Of a stretch of DNA of 64,000 nt, positions 25,254-37,967 are shown piece by piece. Location of the stretch: the NCBI GenBank assembly GCA_017654855.1, contig CM030338.1, positions 3,348,001-3,412,000 on the forward strand. Reading direction: 5' to 3'. The notes beneath the pieces are model-generated. The model did not search any database. It had not been told where the DNA came from and was given only the letters and a program-made list of their open reading frames with translations. Within the stretch, counting starts at the first letter, position 1, and each line of letters opens with the position of its first letter. Source of the DNA: Podospora anserina. Lineage: Eukaryota. The translations under genes and the position numbers were made by a program.

Positions 25254-28188
25254 ATGGCCGAAAACAAGATGCAACTCGAAGATTGTATGTATCTTTTTTG
25301 GTACCGCTCTGTTGGATGACACCTGTTGACCTGTTTGCCCAGGGTTGGACGACCTTTGTGTCCGATTCATCATAAACCTGCCCAAGGAGGATCTGTCATC
25401 CGTGGCCCGAATTTGCTTCCAGGTCGAAGAGGCACAATGGTTCTACGAAGATTTTATACGTCCGCTGGACCCTACACTCCCGTCGATGTCGCTCCGAAGT
25501 TTCTGTCTTCGAATCTTCCAGCACTGTCCCCTGCTGGCCTCCTTCTCGGCTGAAAACCACATGCGAGCGTTCGAGGAGTTTCTCCAGTACAAGACCAGAG
25601 TTCCCGTCAGAGGAGCTATCCTGCTGAATGAGGCCATGGACTCGACTGTGTTGGTCAAGGGCTGGAAGAAGGGCGCCAACTGGAGTTTCCCCAGAGGCAA
25701 AATCAACAAGGACGAGGATGACTTGGACTGCGCCATTCGAGAGGTCTACGAGGAAACAGGTTTCGACATCAGGGAAGCTGGGCTGGTGCCTAGGGATGAT
25801 GAAGTGAAGTACATCCAGATGTCGATGCGGGATCAGCAAATTCGACTCTATGTTTTCCGGAATGTCCCCATGGACACCAACTTCCATCCAAAGACCAGGA
25901 AAGAGATCAGTAAAATTCAGTGGTACAAGCTCTCTGAGCTTCCCGCGTTTCGGAACCGCAAGGGGAATCAACAGGATGATGCCGCTGCGGCTTCGAATGC
26001 GAACAAGTTCTACATGGTGGCTCCTTTTCTTGTCCAACTCAAGAAATGGGTCCAACAGCAAAAGCAGAAGGACGCAGCCCGCGGATCGCATGTACCTGTC
26101 CATATTCCTATCGAAGAACCTCTCACAGAGGATGACCTCGGTACCCAGACAGAGCCTGTTGCTGGGCCCACGGAGAGCATCGAAACCATTGAAGGGGCGA
26201 CGGCTGAGCTTCAGCGTCTTCTCCAGGTGCAGCCTCCCCCTAGTGGGACACATGTGAACCCACACCCTGCTCCGGCGGCGACAGCCAACAAAGGGAACGC
26301 TCTGTTGGCCCTTCTTCAAAAGAATACTGAGACCGAGGCGGCTCATCTTCCTCAAGGGTATCACGAGCAGCCCCAGCATTATCAACAGCTGCCCCAGCAA
26401 CATCACCAACAGCATCCGCAGCATCAACATCAGTATTACCAGCAGCAGCAGTACGGTAACCAAGTCCCGCACACGCCGTTGGAGCTCACTTACACGACTG
26501 CTCCGGAACCGCACACTCCGCACCATCATCATCCAACCAACCGGTTACCTGTACCACCTAATCAGCCGCCGCCCAACTTCCCTATCCAGCCTCACGGGAA
26601 TCAAAATGTCTCTCAAGAATACTTTACACAACAGCGGGTCCCCCACCAGATGCCTACCCAGGCCTACGGGGATAACTCGTACATGGCTGGCCCGCGTCCA
26701 GTGCAGAAGGAACCCGTTCTTCTCCACCCGCAGCCGTTGCCCCCCCAGGTTCAGCAATCACTTCTCACCAGAAGCATTCTTCAGACTCCCAACATTCCAG
26801 AGACTGCCCACCACAATGGTATGCAAGCGCCGCAGGGAAGCCACCATTCGATCCCGGTCCAGGGGCAAGATGGAGCTGGTTATCAGAATCAAGGAGCACC
26901 TCCAAAGGCTGCTCCTCAGCTGACACATCATCACATGTCTCTTCTGAATGCTTTCAAGAGCAATACCTCCCGTACACAAGAAACAACGCCGGTGGCTACC
27001 CCTCAAAGCGATGTCGCTCCCGCGGGACAGCAGCACGCTGGCTATCATCCGTCTGGACAGGGCTGGCCCAGTGCTCCATCCCATACACAAGCTCCCAACC
27101 CAGCTGCGCAGTATTTGCCGCACCACGCGGCGAATGTTCCTCAGGGTTATGGTGAGCGGTATGGGCCTCAGCCGCAGCATGCAGTGGCTCCACAAGTGTC
27201 ACAACACGCCGCCGCAAACCCAGTTGTGGCCCCAAGACCGCCGCAATCAACGGAGTCGCATCGCTCGGCGTTGTTGGACATGTTCAAAAAGCCAGGCCGT
27301 GGAAGTCCCCTAAGCAACGAAATCACAAGATCGTCCATCAAGTCGGACGGTGGACGGCCAGGATATGGGTCTAATAATAGCCAACCATATGGCGGACCTT
27401 CCAATGCGGAGGCCATCACCCGAGCTGTTGAAGCCAATGGTGCTCCCGTCCAGATGAATCCAGAGCTCAACCTTCCATATAGGGCCGTTCAGATCCTCAC
27501 TCGGCCCAAGCAGCCCGAGTCGGCCCAAAGCAATGACTCAATGGACTCGCAAATCCATCGCCTTCAGAGACGCTTGAGCCCCCAGAGGAAGGATGCCAGG
27601 AATTCAGGCTCTGGTCTTCCGTCTCCGCGGGACCGCTCTTTGTTCCATCAGCTTGACCAGGAGACGAAGAGGTCCCCCCAGCTCCCGCCAGCCCAGGCGG
27701 CCAGCCTTCCATACGGTCAGCCTCAGCCTCAGCGCCAGTCGCCGTACGCAAGTCCTACTTTTCCGCCTCAGCAACCTGTTGGTCCGCCCCAGCAACTGCA
27801 GCAGCATCAGCAATATCAGCATCATCAGCGTCAACCTAGTGGCAACGCGGACCAGAAGCAGAAGTTGCTGTCGCTTTTCGGAAAAGCACAGCCCTCGCCC
27901 ACTGGGCTTTCGGCCAACGGCAAGATGAAGGAGTCCATGGTGTATGATCAAGTCCGGTCTACTACTCCCAGATCGAGAGTTGCGTCTCTTGCGTCACAGG
28001 GCAACGCCGGCGGCATGGCTCCGTCAGTCACAGGCGTGGAGAATGTCCATGCAACCGGCAACAGTAGTCGGGTACCGAGCGCAACCAACTCTCGCCGGGG
28101 CAGCCAGACACCCATCTCCCCGGCCGATCGGAACTTTTTGCTTTTGTATTTGGAGTCGGTGTCTAATCAGGCGCGCTCCCAGACATGA
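25254..28188 (+). CDS. DCP2: mRNA decapping enzyme catalytic subunit
   Basis: MAENKMQLEDW/LDDLCVRFIIN (intron about 25285-25342), Box A EEAQWFYEDF, Nudix box WSFPRGKINKDEDDLDCAIREVYEETG, long disordered C-terminus. Confidence 0.96.
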
Positions 28189-29040
28189 TATCTGGGTTTG
28201 AAGTAGGGCATAGGTTGTTTTTCTGTTTGTTCTTGGGGACTTTTAGTGTAAAGGGATTTTATATGGCGGTGAGGATTTTTGTGATTTCTTGCCAACAGCA
28301 AATGGTGGTTGTTATTTGGACCGGTGCATACATCAAAGCGAAATTTCCATCAATGGTTTACATTATTTGCAGCGGTTGCTGCACGAAGGTGCTTATGAAG
28401 CAGGCTCTTGCTAGCTAGCTACTTAGGTTATTGAAAGGATACTTGTATTATGATGACTCTGGTTCTGGATGGTGTTTGGGTCACTTTCTCAGTATAGTGA
28501 GTTGGCGGTTGTGTGATCATTTGGCTGTGTGTTGGTGTCGTGAGGCACGCAAGAAAGTGGTCTGATGTTCTAGTTTGAGAGGGTGTGCTCCCCCACGTAG
28601 AACAGACCACCCCACGAGCTTGGGGTTTGCTTGGCTGACCCCCCTTTTTTTTAATGGGGAGCGGGCTGAAGATGAAGTCTCGCCACGGCTGTGATGAGGA
28701 GTCAGGATGGATCATACCACTTTGTGGGCGTGGCCGGCCGCGTCGCCGTTGGTGTTTTTTTTCTTCTTTTTTTGTGAGTGTGATGGATATTGGAGAGGGA
28801 ATTGTTGGGATGGGATGAGGAGAGAAGAGGTATAAGATAGGGGCAAGGTTCGTAACCTGGATTTTGTTTCGCCCATCTCAGGACTGAACTTGGCCTTTCT
28901 CTTCATCAAATACTTGATTGTCTAAGATATCTCGAAGATCGAGGGCAGCATTGAGATATTGCTGTTGAGGCTACACATCAACCAACCTGACTTACTACAT
29001 CTACCTACTCAACCAACCTACGATATAGCACCCAAACAAA

Positions 29041-30087
29041 ATGCTCTACACCCCCACCCCAGACACCCTCTACCACCCCCCCCCTCACCACATCGATCCC
29101 CTGGGGTACTCCCGCCTGGCAATCATAACCGGCTGCTCCTCCGGCATAGGCCTCGCCACAACGCAACTCTTTCTTTCCCACCAGTTCCAGGTCGTGGGGC
29201 TGGACATCGCACCGTTTGACTACGACCTTTTGCGGGTGGAAGACCACGGTAGATTTCATTTTCATCTAGGGGACCTAACCCTCCCAGGACAGATAGAAGA
29301 AGGTGTGAGAATTGCTCACCATTTTGGGTATGTCTTCCCCCCCTCCCCCCCCCGTTTCCCCCCTTTGGTGTTATCACTAATGCTTGTTTTAGCGGGAGAG
29401 TTGATGTGTTGGTCAATGTAGCCGGCATCCTCGACACCTTCTCCTCAGCCGACACCCTCCTCGATCCAGACTGGGACAACGTCATCGCCGTCAACCTCAC
29501 CGTCCCCGTGAAAATGATGAGGGCCGTGATTCCTTACCTCAAACAGAGGCCGGAAGGGGGCGTGATTGTCAATGTGGCTAGCACCGCGGGGAGGAGTGGT
29601 GCTGTTGCTGGGGTTGCCTACACAGCTTCAAAGCACGGGCTGGTAATCCCCCGCCCTTTTTCCCCCCATTTATATCCCCCCCCCCTTCCCCTACTTCGTT
29701 TCCCAACCCAATCAAAACTGACGTGAAGTACCGGGCAGATAGGAGCAACAAAAAACGTCGCCTGGCGCTTCCGCAACGAAAACATCCGCGCCAACGCCGT
29801 CCTCCCCGGCTCAGTCGACTCCTCAGTCGGGAACAGGATAACACAAGAACAAAGGGTTGATCTGGAGGGGTACAGAGCTGTCGAGTATGTTCAACCTCAT
29901 TATCTCATTAAACAAATCGACTGACAGTGACAGACCAGTCCACGCCCTTCAGGCAAACCCCATCGCAGCACTACCACCCATCACCGCCCTCGAGGTCGCC
30001 AAGACGATCCTGTTTCTGGTAAGTGATCAGGCGAGGACCATCAACGGGGTTGAGTTGCCTGTTGATCGGGCATGGGGCGTTGTGTAG
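29041..30087 (+). CDS. Short-chain dehydrogenase/reductase
   Basis: TGCSSGIG, LVNVAG, IVNVAS, YTASK, RANAVLPG, VDRAWG. Three introns at about 29328-29392, 29643-29738 and 29886-29933. Confidence 0.9.
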
Positions 30088-30682
30088 ATGATGCGTATAA
30101 ATGCGGTTTTTCCTTGGGTTTTGGTTGGTTCCGGCGGTTGTGTTTCTTTTTGTCCCATAGCAAGTTACTTTCCGTAGTCAGCCCAAAAGTTGATTTATTT
30201 CTCGAGTACCGCATCTCATCAGAAACTTGAAAGCATTGACATCAGGAGATCGCGATAAGCTAGATACAGGGTAGCCCCATCCCACCCTGACGTAGCGAAC
30301 AACCCAAAGCCCCACCTGACAGATGCGGGGAAGGTGGGGGAACTCAGCCCTATTCTGACCGTTCCCCCAACTTCTGGTCACCTGAAGATAGATAGATGAA
30401 TTACTACCAGAACACAATGAGTGACAGGGTCAAAGTAACATTGGCTACAGGTGTCAGTTACTACTGCTACACTAGAAACAAGGTGCCAAGTGACACCGTC
30501 ATAGGTTCCTCCACAATCTTGCCAGACGTCGCTCAACAATGTCTCTTGTATCTCCACTGAACACAGGGGTAAGACGTAACCATGGGTATCTCCAACGCTG
30601 GTTACAGCATCTCATAACTTTTCAGACCAAACAAACGTCCCAATTACAATCTCCTTCTGCAAATGACGAGCCCGTGGCCAGC

Positions 30683-32345
30683 TCAGGCCACCACTAAGGG
30701 AGTCTTCTTAGACCGAAACCCGGGTGGCGCGTTCTCCTCGTCCTCAGAATCGTCGATATTCAAGAGCTGGAAGCGATTGCTGACCGATGATTGCCTCTTT
30801 GGCTGAGGAGCTTCCTTGGTCTTCAGAACCATGGGGGCTGGGTAAGGGTGGGCACACTGATCCACGTCGAATTGAATTCTTCTGCCTTTGTACTTCCTGT
30901 CCAACATGTTAGCCTCCGCCAGTGAGAATCTGCGTAATGAAACATACATTCGGCTCAGCATGCAGGTGCGAGCATAGATGGCATTGTGCACCGAGTTGAG
31001 CTCGATATGACAGTTTCCGCCGATGAACTGTATCATGATCACAACCAGGTTGTGGATATGATCCAAATCTTCGCGAATCACCTCCTCGGTATGTTGACTG
31101 GCGTAGTTCATGATGACAAGGTTGCGACTGGCCCCGGCCGAGATTTTGCCCGCCACATGGCCTGGCAGCACAAACTGACGCTCGTTCCACTTGACCTCGA
31201 CCTGTCCTCATGTTAGCAAAAGTCAACCTACTCAAAAACCAAGTTGCCTACCCTCTTGTTTCTGATATACAAGTCATTACGACGACAATAGTCATAGAAT
31301 TTCTGAGCATCGGCCGCATGAAGAAACGAGACGGAAGCTGAGCGGTCGTGAGAGCGAAGATACACGTCTAAGAGCTGGCCGCCGCGCACGGAGTTTGTGA
31401 TATCAGAATGAGTGGTACCCTCGGCGAGATGCACGATTTGAAGGGTACGATGACAGTTGCGCTCGTACTGATGGCGCTTCACTTCCTGAGGTGGTCCTGT
31501 GTAGTTTGCGCCAGGAACAGGGGACCCTTCTTCGATTGAGACATCTTCGTCCCCCTCGTCCTCCTCGTCATAGTCTTCTTCATCCCATGTCGAAGCGGTT
31601 TGCTGTTGGTACTGGCGATGAGAACGGTGGCAGGGATGGTCGTAGGAATGGCCGTAGGAGTTGCTGTTGGAATCAGTATGCGAATGCGAGTGCGAATAAC
31701 CGTTTCCATGTTGGTGGGAAGAGGCATGATGACGCTGCGTCGTCGAAGATGAGGAGAGACCAACACCTCCATGGTCCGTAGTAGAGGCGTGTGTATCCTC
31801 GTTATTCTCGGATTGGAAAGCCTCATCACCTTGGCTAAGGAGCTGTCAAACCGTTAGCAACCCGCAACTCAAACTCAATGGCTATGGTGGGGACATGGGC
31901 TTACAGCTACTGTAGCCTCGTCTACGCCACCACGTAGGAGGTTGCGCTTGAGGTTCTCTGGAAAATAACTTAGCTTGGTTGAACTGATAGATATCGCAAT
32001 AGATCTCACCATATTTTCTTGCAATGGACTTGAGCTGGTCATATTCAACCTGTGAAACAGACAACGAGTCTGGAGCATTGATGCTCTTGATGCGAGTCAG
32101 AATGTTTCTTTCCCTATGTCAAGTGTCGAATTAGTGTGTCGAATTTAACTTACAAGCTGAACCCTAGAAGCGGGAGATGCAGGTCAGCGTTAGGTGACAA
32201 CGTTGGTGAACGGTTTCCCAAAGAGTCGGGTTCGGGATGTTGCGCAGATAAGGATAAGGCGGTAACAGAGACACAAAACATACCTTTGCAAGAGGAGATC
32301 AAGATCGGCACGAGCGATGGTGACCGTGTCAGAAGAGGACGACAT
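30683..32345 (-). CDS. Multi-exon RRM-domain protein (fungal 'negative regulator of differentiation 1'-like)
   Basis: Two RRM-like blocks: RTLQIVHLAEGTTHSDITNSVRGGQLLDVY...NDLYIRNKRV and GASRNLVI...IREDLDHIHNLVVI...NSVHNAIYARTCMLSR. Several GT-AG introns. The 5' exons (ATG 32345) are uncertain. Confidence 0.7.
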
Positions 32346-34115
32346 TTTGAAGAGAACTCAGAATTCGCAGACTGAGGGTATCGGGAGCTTGTAAAGCGCA
32401 GAACCAAAATATTTAAACAAAGTATTGGTTGGTGGAAGCTGCCCGCGCCATGATATGGACCCTGCTGCGAGCTCTTTCCTTTTCATCCAATTCAAAGTGA
32501 ACTGACTTTCCCACTGGGAGCAGCCTCCAGCTCTCCCCCCAATCGCACGCTTATCTTCACGTGTGCGGTGTGAATGATGCAGCCAGCTGCTTCCCAATTG
32601 CTCACCATCTCCGGGCTTAGCGTCAAAGTATCCCGCCATGGCCACCGCTTTTTTGCCTCTCTGTTGTCTTTGGGCCTGCAAATGATGCCATGAGGCTGGC
32701 TGGATGTCCCGCCATACGGCTGTCAGTGAGTGAGTGACTTCGGGATGATGAGATGGCAGCCGTGACAGCCAGATCCAGAGGCTGGGGACCAGGCGTTCAT
32801 GGCTTCATGCAGGTCATTGGAAAAAGATGGGATGACATGGACACTGGCCCATACCTTCCCCTTGAAAACCGTTGGACTGGCTGTGACAGTTTTAAGTGTT
32901 TACATGGCACGACTGCAGCCATAATATTTAGACTGACTGGAATGTGTGAACAGCAGGAACAGCATGACTGACAGCTGCAACCACTTGCGCCATCCAGTGC
33001 CGTACAGGAGCAGAGGCACAACGATTCCTGATGTTGCCTCTTCACTCCGAAGCCACTGATCCAGCGCTCGGCCATTGCTTGGTCTCAAGTGCGATGTCCG
33101 GACGGCGGGGTTTTGGGCGGCGAAGTTTCACCTGAAAAAGACATCTCTATCATGCTGCCGGTACTCGAGCGTTGCACGGCCAACACTTCAACAGCCAACG
33201 TGCAGAGAAGAGGTGCGGAGATGCGAGGTCGATGGCCGACAGACCACCGACTGGTCGGTCCCCACAGTTTAAGCATCTGGGCGATGGTGATCGATCTGCG
33301 GTGGAAACAGCAAGAAGATATACCGGCATACGCTCAATTGTCACCGGCGAAGGAGAGATCACCTTGGGTATTTATGCGGTTACGTTGTTGAACACAACGA
33401 TCAGGATATTTTTAGCCGTGCACCTGGACACGAAGCCAGGATACGAAGGAGCATAAAAAAAAAGCCAGGGTTGAGTGGGTAACGCGGTCTCCTGTTCTGT
33501 CGACGCCACTTCAGGGCTCCCGCTAAGCCCGATGCTGCAACGCTGTTAATTGGTTGCAGCATCGAGTGGAGTCGCTCGCTCGCCGGCCTGTCGTTGGTCG
33601 TGGAATGCACGCAAAGCCTGGAACTCCAACCCTCGACTTTCTCATTCCAGCCGCCTCCCAACTCCATCGTGCCTTGAAAGCGCTGCCTTTTTTTTTTGGC
33701 CTGTTCCATCGTTTTCTGTTCCTTGGGCAACCGGAACCGCACACTCGCTTTTCTGAACGCTCGCTACTTTTGTTGTCTAGCTGTCCCAAGTGACGCCTAC
33801 TCTCGCTGAACCTTCACGCACATACCCTATCTGGCCAACCCTCGTTACTTTTACTCCACGCCCGTTTCGCGCGGGTCTCATTTTCGGCCAAACCGCCAAT
33901 AGGGGTTACCCGCCGTGGCCCAGCAAGCAAACGCCCCCGTACCACTTTGAGAGAGACACCCGACGTGAACACCGGCACAAACACCACTGCGACCGAGCCT
34001 TTTCTCCGACGTTGAACAGACATCTTTACTTTCGCTTCCCTCTTCTCGGTACCTGGTCGACCTGGTCGCCTGCCCCTCGAGCATTTTCAGACGCGATCGA
34101 TCCGAGTTTGTCAAC

Positions 34116-35031
34116 ATGAAGTTTTTGTCGGCCGTTGCCCTCCTGGGCCTCTCCTCTTCAGTCTCCGCGCTCGCATGGCCCGGTTTCTTGCCAGAACTTG
34201 ACAGTCTGGTGGTAAGGCAGAACAGTGATGGTACGGAACACCCCAATTGCCTCGTCATTACTCGGCTGCGGCTAACAAGGACATGTAGAAACGACCAACT
34301 CCCCGAAGCCAACAAACACACCCTCGAGCAATGACAACAACAACGAAGAGGAGGAAGAGAAGACCACAACGGGCCCAGCCACACCACTCAGGACAAACCT
34401 CAACACAGCCGGCATTTCGCAATCGGGCAAGGCCACAGGCAGCGCAGCACCGAATGGCACCACTTCCGGGAAGCCCCGCCAAACCGAATTCAATCCACAA
34501 GACCCAGCCGGCGCCGTCGTCATGATCACCCCTTCGGTTATGGAAGGCTACCAGCTGTATAAGATTGGCGACTACATCACCTGGGCCTGGAACTACACCA
34601 ACCTGCAAGGAACTCCCACCGCCATCGACGTGCTCGTTACCAACACCGTAGCCAAGCAGACGTGGACCCTCACCCAGAACATGACGTTTCAGGAGCAAGG
34701 AAGTTACACTTGGGACACGGGCGCATACGACCGGACAGCCGTGGCGTCTCCTCTGTTGGTGGAACAGTACACCCTCATCATCCACGATTCTGACTCGGAG
34801 CCCACTGGCCCGGCACCTGCGGGCATGCTTGCGCCCTTCAACAGCTTCAAATTCGGATTATACACCCCCAAGGTCTATACCCCCATCAGCGACGGCTGGA
34901 AATGCGCCTCTTGCAATGGTGCGGGTGGCATGTCGATTGACAGCAAGGCCGTGGCTGCCGCGGGCGTGATGAGTGTGATCACAGTATTGAGCTTCACGTG
35001 GTTCGTGGCTGGGTTTGGTGGGTTGATGTAG
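34116..35031 (+). CDS. Secreted Ser/Thr-rich protein with C-terminal membrane/GPI anchor (conserved fungal family)
   Basis: Signal peptide MKFLSAVALLGLSSSVSA, intron 34231-34288 joining in frame, conserved-looking LYKIGDYITWAWNYT, hydrophobic C-terminus. Confidence 0.82.
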
Positions 35032-35646
35032 ATGTGTCTGTAATTGATCTGAAAATGGTTGATTTCGTCACGTCGTACAGTGGGAGGAGCAAAAGAATAA
35101 AATGAAAAGGGGGGCGAGATCTACAGTGCTGTAATGTCTTTTCCAAAAGAGGTGAGGAATACTTACGCTTAATATGGGAAGACAGAAAAGTGTAATTTGG
35201 TTGGCTGTTTACTTTTTCTGTCTTTGGCACAGAGAATTGGTTCTATTTTTCGGGGCTGGGGGCGTTGGCTAGAAACATGTTTTTCGGTACGCTTGATTTG
35301 GTTTCGAAAAAGTCGAAAGCAGAAGCGGCAGAGCGGTTGAGGTATTGACTAAGGGGATGGATTTCTCATTTTCACCTGTATCTGTTTTTTTGGACATCTC
35401 ACACACATTCATGGCGAGCTTTTTCCGGAAAGATGACGACTTTCATGCATACATACATATATTTCAGGTAGCTTTAATGACGAAGGGTATATCTTGACTT
35501 TTCTGTCTTGTTGGTCTTGTTGATATTGCATTATATATACAGCCGCCCCCTTTCCACGGCATTTTGGTATCCATGTGTCGCAGTCTATGTTCATTAGTTG
35601 CTATTACATCACATCATTATTCTCGTCCATGTAAACCACCTCCTTC

Positions 35647-37080
35647 TCACACCATCCTCAAAGCAAACCCACCCCCCCTCTCCTCTTTCTCCCTCCCAGC
35701 AAAAATCCCACTAAAGTCCACCGCCCCCAAATCCGCCGCCTTTTGTCCCCTAACCGGCGCATTGGGCGTCTCCCTCTTCCTCCTCCTCTCCTGGCCCGCC
35801 TTGCTCGGAAAAGTAGGAAACATGGCCTCCTGCTTCGGCTTGGGGTCCTGCCGGAAATACTCATGCTCCAGCACCTCCCTCGCCGCCGGCCTCCTCTCCG
35901 GATCCAGCGCAAGCAACCCATTAAACAACCCCACCCCCGCCGACGTCAAAAGCGGAAACTTTGTCCTTATCCTCGAGTTCGTCGATCCCGGCGTCGGGTT
36001 ATTCGGCAACCTCAACCCCCTCGCGTTCGGCAGCCTCCGAAACGAAGGCCACGACTCCTCCGAGGGCAGCCCGCACAGCTCAAATATCCGCGTGAGCTCG
36101 TCCACCTCGTTCCTCCCCTGCAGAAGCGGCTCCCTGGCCAGAAGCTCCCCAAAGATACACCCCACGCTCCAAATGTCAATCGCGCTGCCATACGTCGTCG
36201 CCCCGAGCAACAGCTCCGGGGCACGATACCACAGCGTAACCACCAACTGCGTCAGTTTTGGCGGCGGATCGCCCACATATCTCGACATGCCAAAATCCGC
36301 AATCTTTAGCTGGCCCCTGTTATTCAACAACAAATTCGACGTTTTGAGATCCCGGTGAAGGATCCAGTTGTCGTGTAGATACGCCACCCCGGAGCAGAGC
36401 TGCAACATCAGCGTCTTGACTTCTGAGGCCAGAAACGGCTCGGGCATGTCCTCGAGGATAGACTTGAGGTCGTGTTCGAGGAACTCGAGGACGAGAAAGA
36501 TGGATGGTTCCAAGGGGGTGGTCGAGTCGGAAACCACTACTTCCAGCAGGGGGACGATGTTTCTGTGGGAGCTGTTTCGCAGTATTTGAATCTCTCGCAG
36601 GCCGGTGACGGGGAGGCCGGAGCGGTCTTTCGGGTCGGTCTTGAGGCGCTTGAGGGCGACGATTTTGGAGGTGGAGAGGCAGCGGGCGCGGGAGACCCAG
36701 CCGTACGCGCCTTCCTCGATGTCGTTCAGCTTGTCGTAGTTTTCCACGCTGCGGGAGCGGGAAATGGTTCCGGGGGTGAAGCGGAGGAGGTTGGTGGTGG
36801 TTGGTTCTTCTGGGGGGGCTCCGTTGTGTGTTTCTTGTTGTTCGGGGGAGACTCGTCTTCGTTTTGGGGGAGGGCCGTTGGGGCTTTCTTGTGGTTGTGG
36901 TTGCGGTGGTTGTTCTTGTTGGGCGGCGGCGGCAGCTTCGCGGGTTTTTCTTTCAGCTTCGAGTTTGCGTGCCTTTTCGGCTTTGAGGCGCTTCTTTTCC
37001 TCTTTTTCCCTTTTCAATTGCGCTTCGCGCAGGGCGTCTTCTTCGTCGTCTGCCCAGCGGGACTTGGCTTTGCTTGCCAT
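35647..37080 (-). CDS. CDK11/CDK10-type (PITSLRE-like, Ppk23-like) Ser/Thr kinase
   Basis: IEEGAYGWV, VALKRL, PVTGLREI, HRDLKTSNLL, DFG, VVTLWYRAPELLLG, MFPTFPSKAG. Intronless. Confidence 0.93.
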   Translation of the reverse strand: MASKAKSRWADDEEDALREAQLKREKEEKKRLKAEKARKLEAERKTREAAAAAQQEQPPQPQPQESPNGPPPKRRRVSPEQQETHNGAPPEEPTTTNLLRFTPGTISRSRSVENYDKLNDIEEGAYGWVSRARCLSTSKIVALKRLKTDPKDRSGLPVTGLREIQILRNSSHRNIVPLLEVVVSDSTTPLEPSIFLVLEFLEHDLKSILEDMPEPFLASEVKTLMLQLCSGVAYLHDNWILHRDLKTSNLLLNNRGQLKIADFGMSRYVGDPPPKLTQLVVTLWYRAPELLLGATTYGSAIDIWSVGCIFGELLAREPLLQGRNEVDELTRIFELCGLPSEESWPSFRRLPNARGLRLPNNPTPGSTNSRIRTKFPLLTSAGVGLFNGLLALDPERRPAAREVLEHEYFRQDPKPKQEAMFPTFPSKAGQERRRKRETPNAPVRGQKAADLGAVDFSGIFAGREKEERGGGFALRMV

Positions 37081-37600
37081 GGTGATTCACTAATGTCTAG
37101 GAGACTGGATCGGGATAAAAATTTGTGTTACTGGAGGCGCTGGATATTGTGTCTTGAATAAAAGAAGTGCTGTTTTCGCTGGGGGGCGTGTTGTCGCGTG
37201 GGATTCAAATGCATGCAAGAGCTTCAAGATTCAAAGATTCATGATGCGCTTGGTTTATTTGGACATTTCCTGGTTGGTCAAAGCTTCTTCTCCAAGCAAC
37301 AACCACAGCTCAACGCCTGGGACCGGACGGCAGATAATAACACGGCCAGCGCAGCTATACCGTTCAAATATCTCTTCATACTTTTTGACGTGATGGGTCA
37401 AACGTGTTCCTTTTTTGCTTATTGGTATCTGCATCAAAAAGAGGCATCGAGCAAAAAGATGCGAATAGGGGGCGCTCTTGCCCCTTATTCGGTGCTGAGA
37501 AATGACATGATGTCCGTTCGAGGAAGCCGCGAGCGATTGTCTTGGTTATTTTTGGAGGAAAGATCTCATCAATCTTGTTGTCCGAAACATGACTTTCTCC

Positions 37601-37622
37601 TTTTTTTTTCTTTCTTTTTTTT

Positions 37623-37654
<32 letters not shown>

Positions 37655-37663
37655 CCTTTTTTT
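37601..37663. repeat. Poly-T tract upstream of the orphan gene
   Basis: About 60 nt almost entirely T. Confidence 0.9.
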
Positions 37664-37967
37664 CCCCACAATATGCCACTCTGGTCTTGCTGTTTTTTCA
37701 ACAACACCTTCCCCTCCGGAGCGGGAGAGCTTCGGTGCGCCTTCCGAAGCCTCAGAGGATACGAGGCTTGGTCGAGCCTTCAAACTCCCAGAACTATGGA
37801 ATCTTCTACCCACCTTTCTCTGCTGACAGCTCCAGTGTCTGCATCGTCCATCGTCATCCCAGTGGCATCAGCTTTCTCCCTGCCACTGTTGTACTCCCGG
37901 CCTGTCGTTACCATCCCAGGCCTTTGCTTTCTTTTGCTCTATGTTATCATCAGACTCCCTTGCCAGA

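Noticed and set aside
25396-26532. 378-aa minus-strand ORF inside DCP2
   Set aside because: Antisense shadow with no recognisable motifs.
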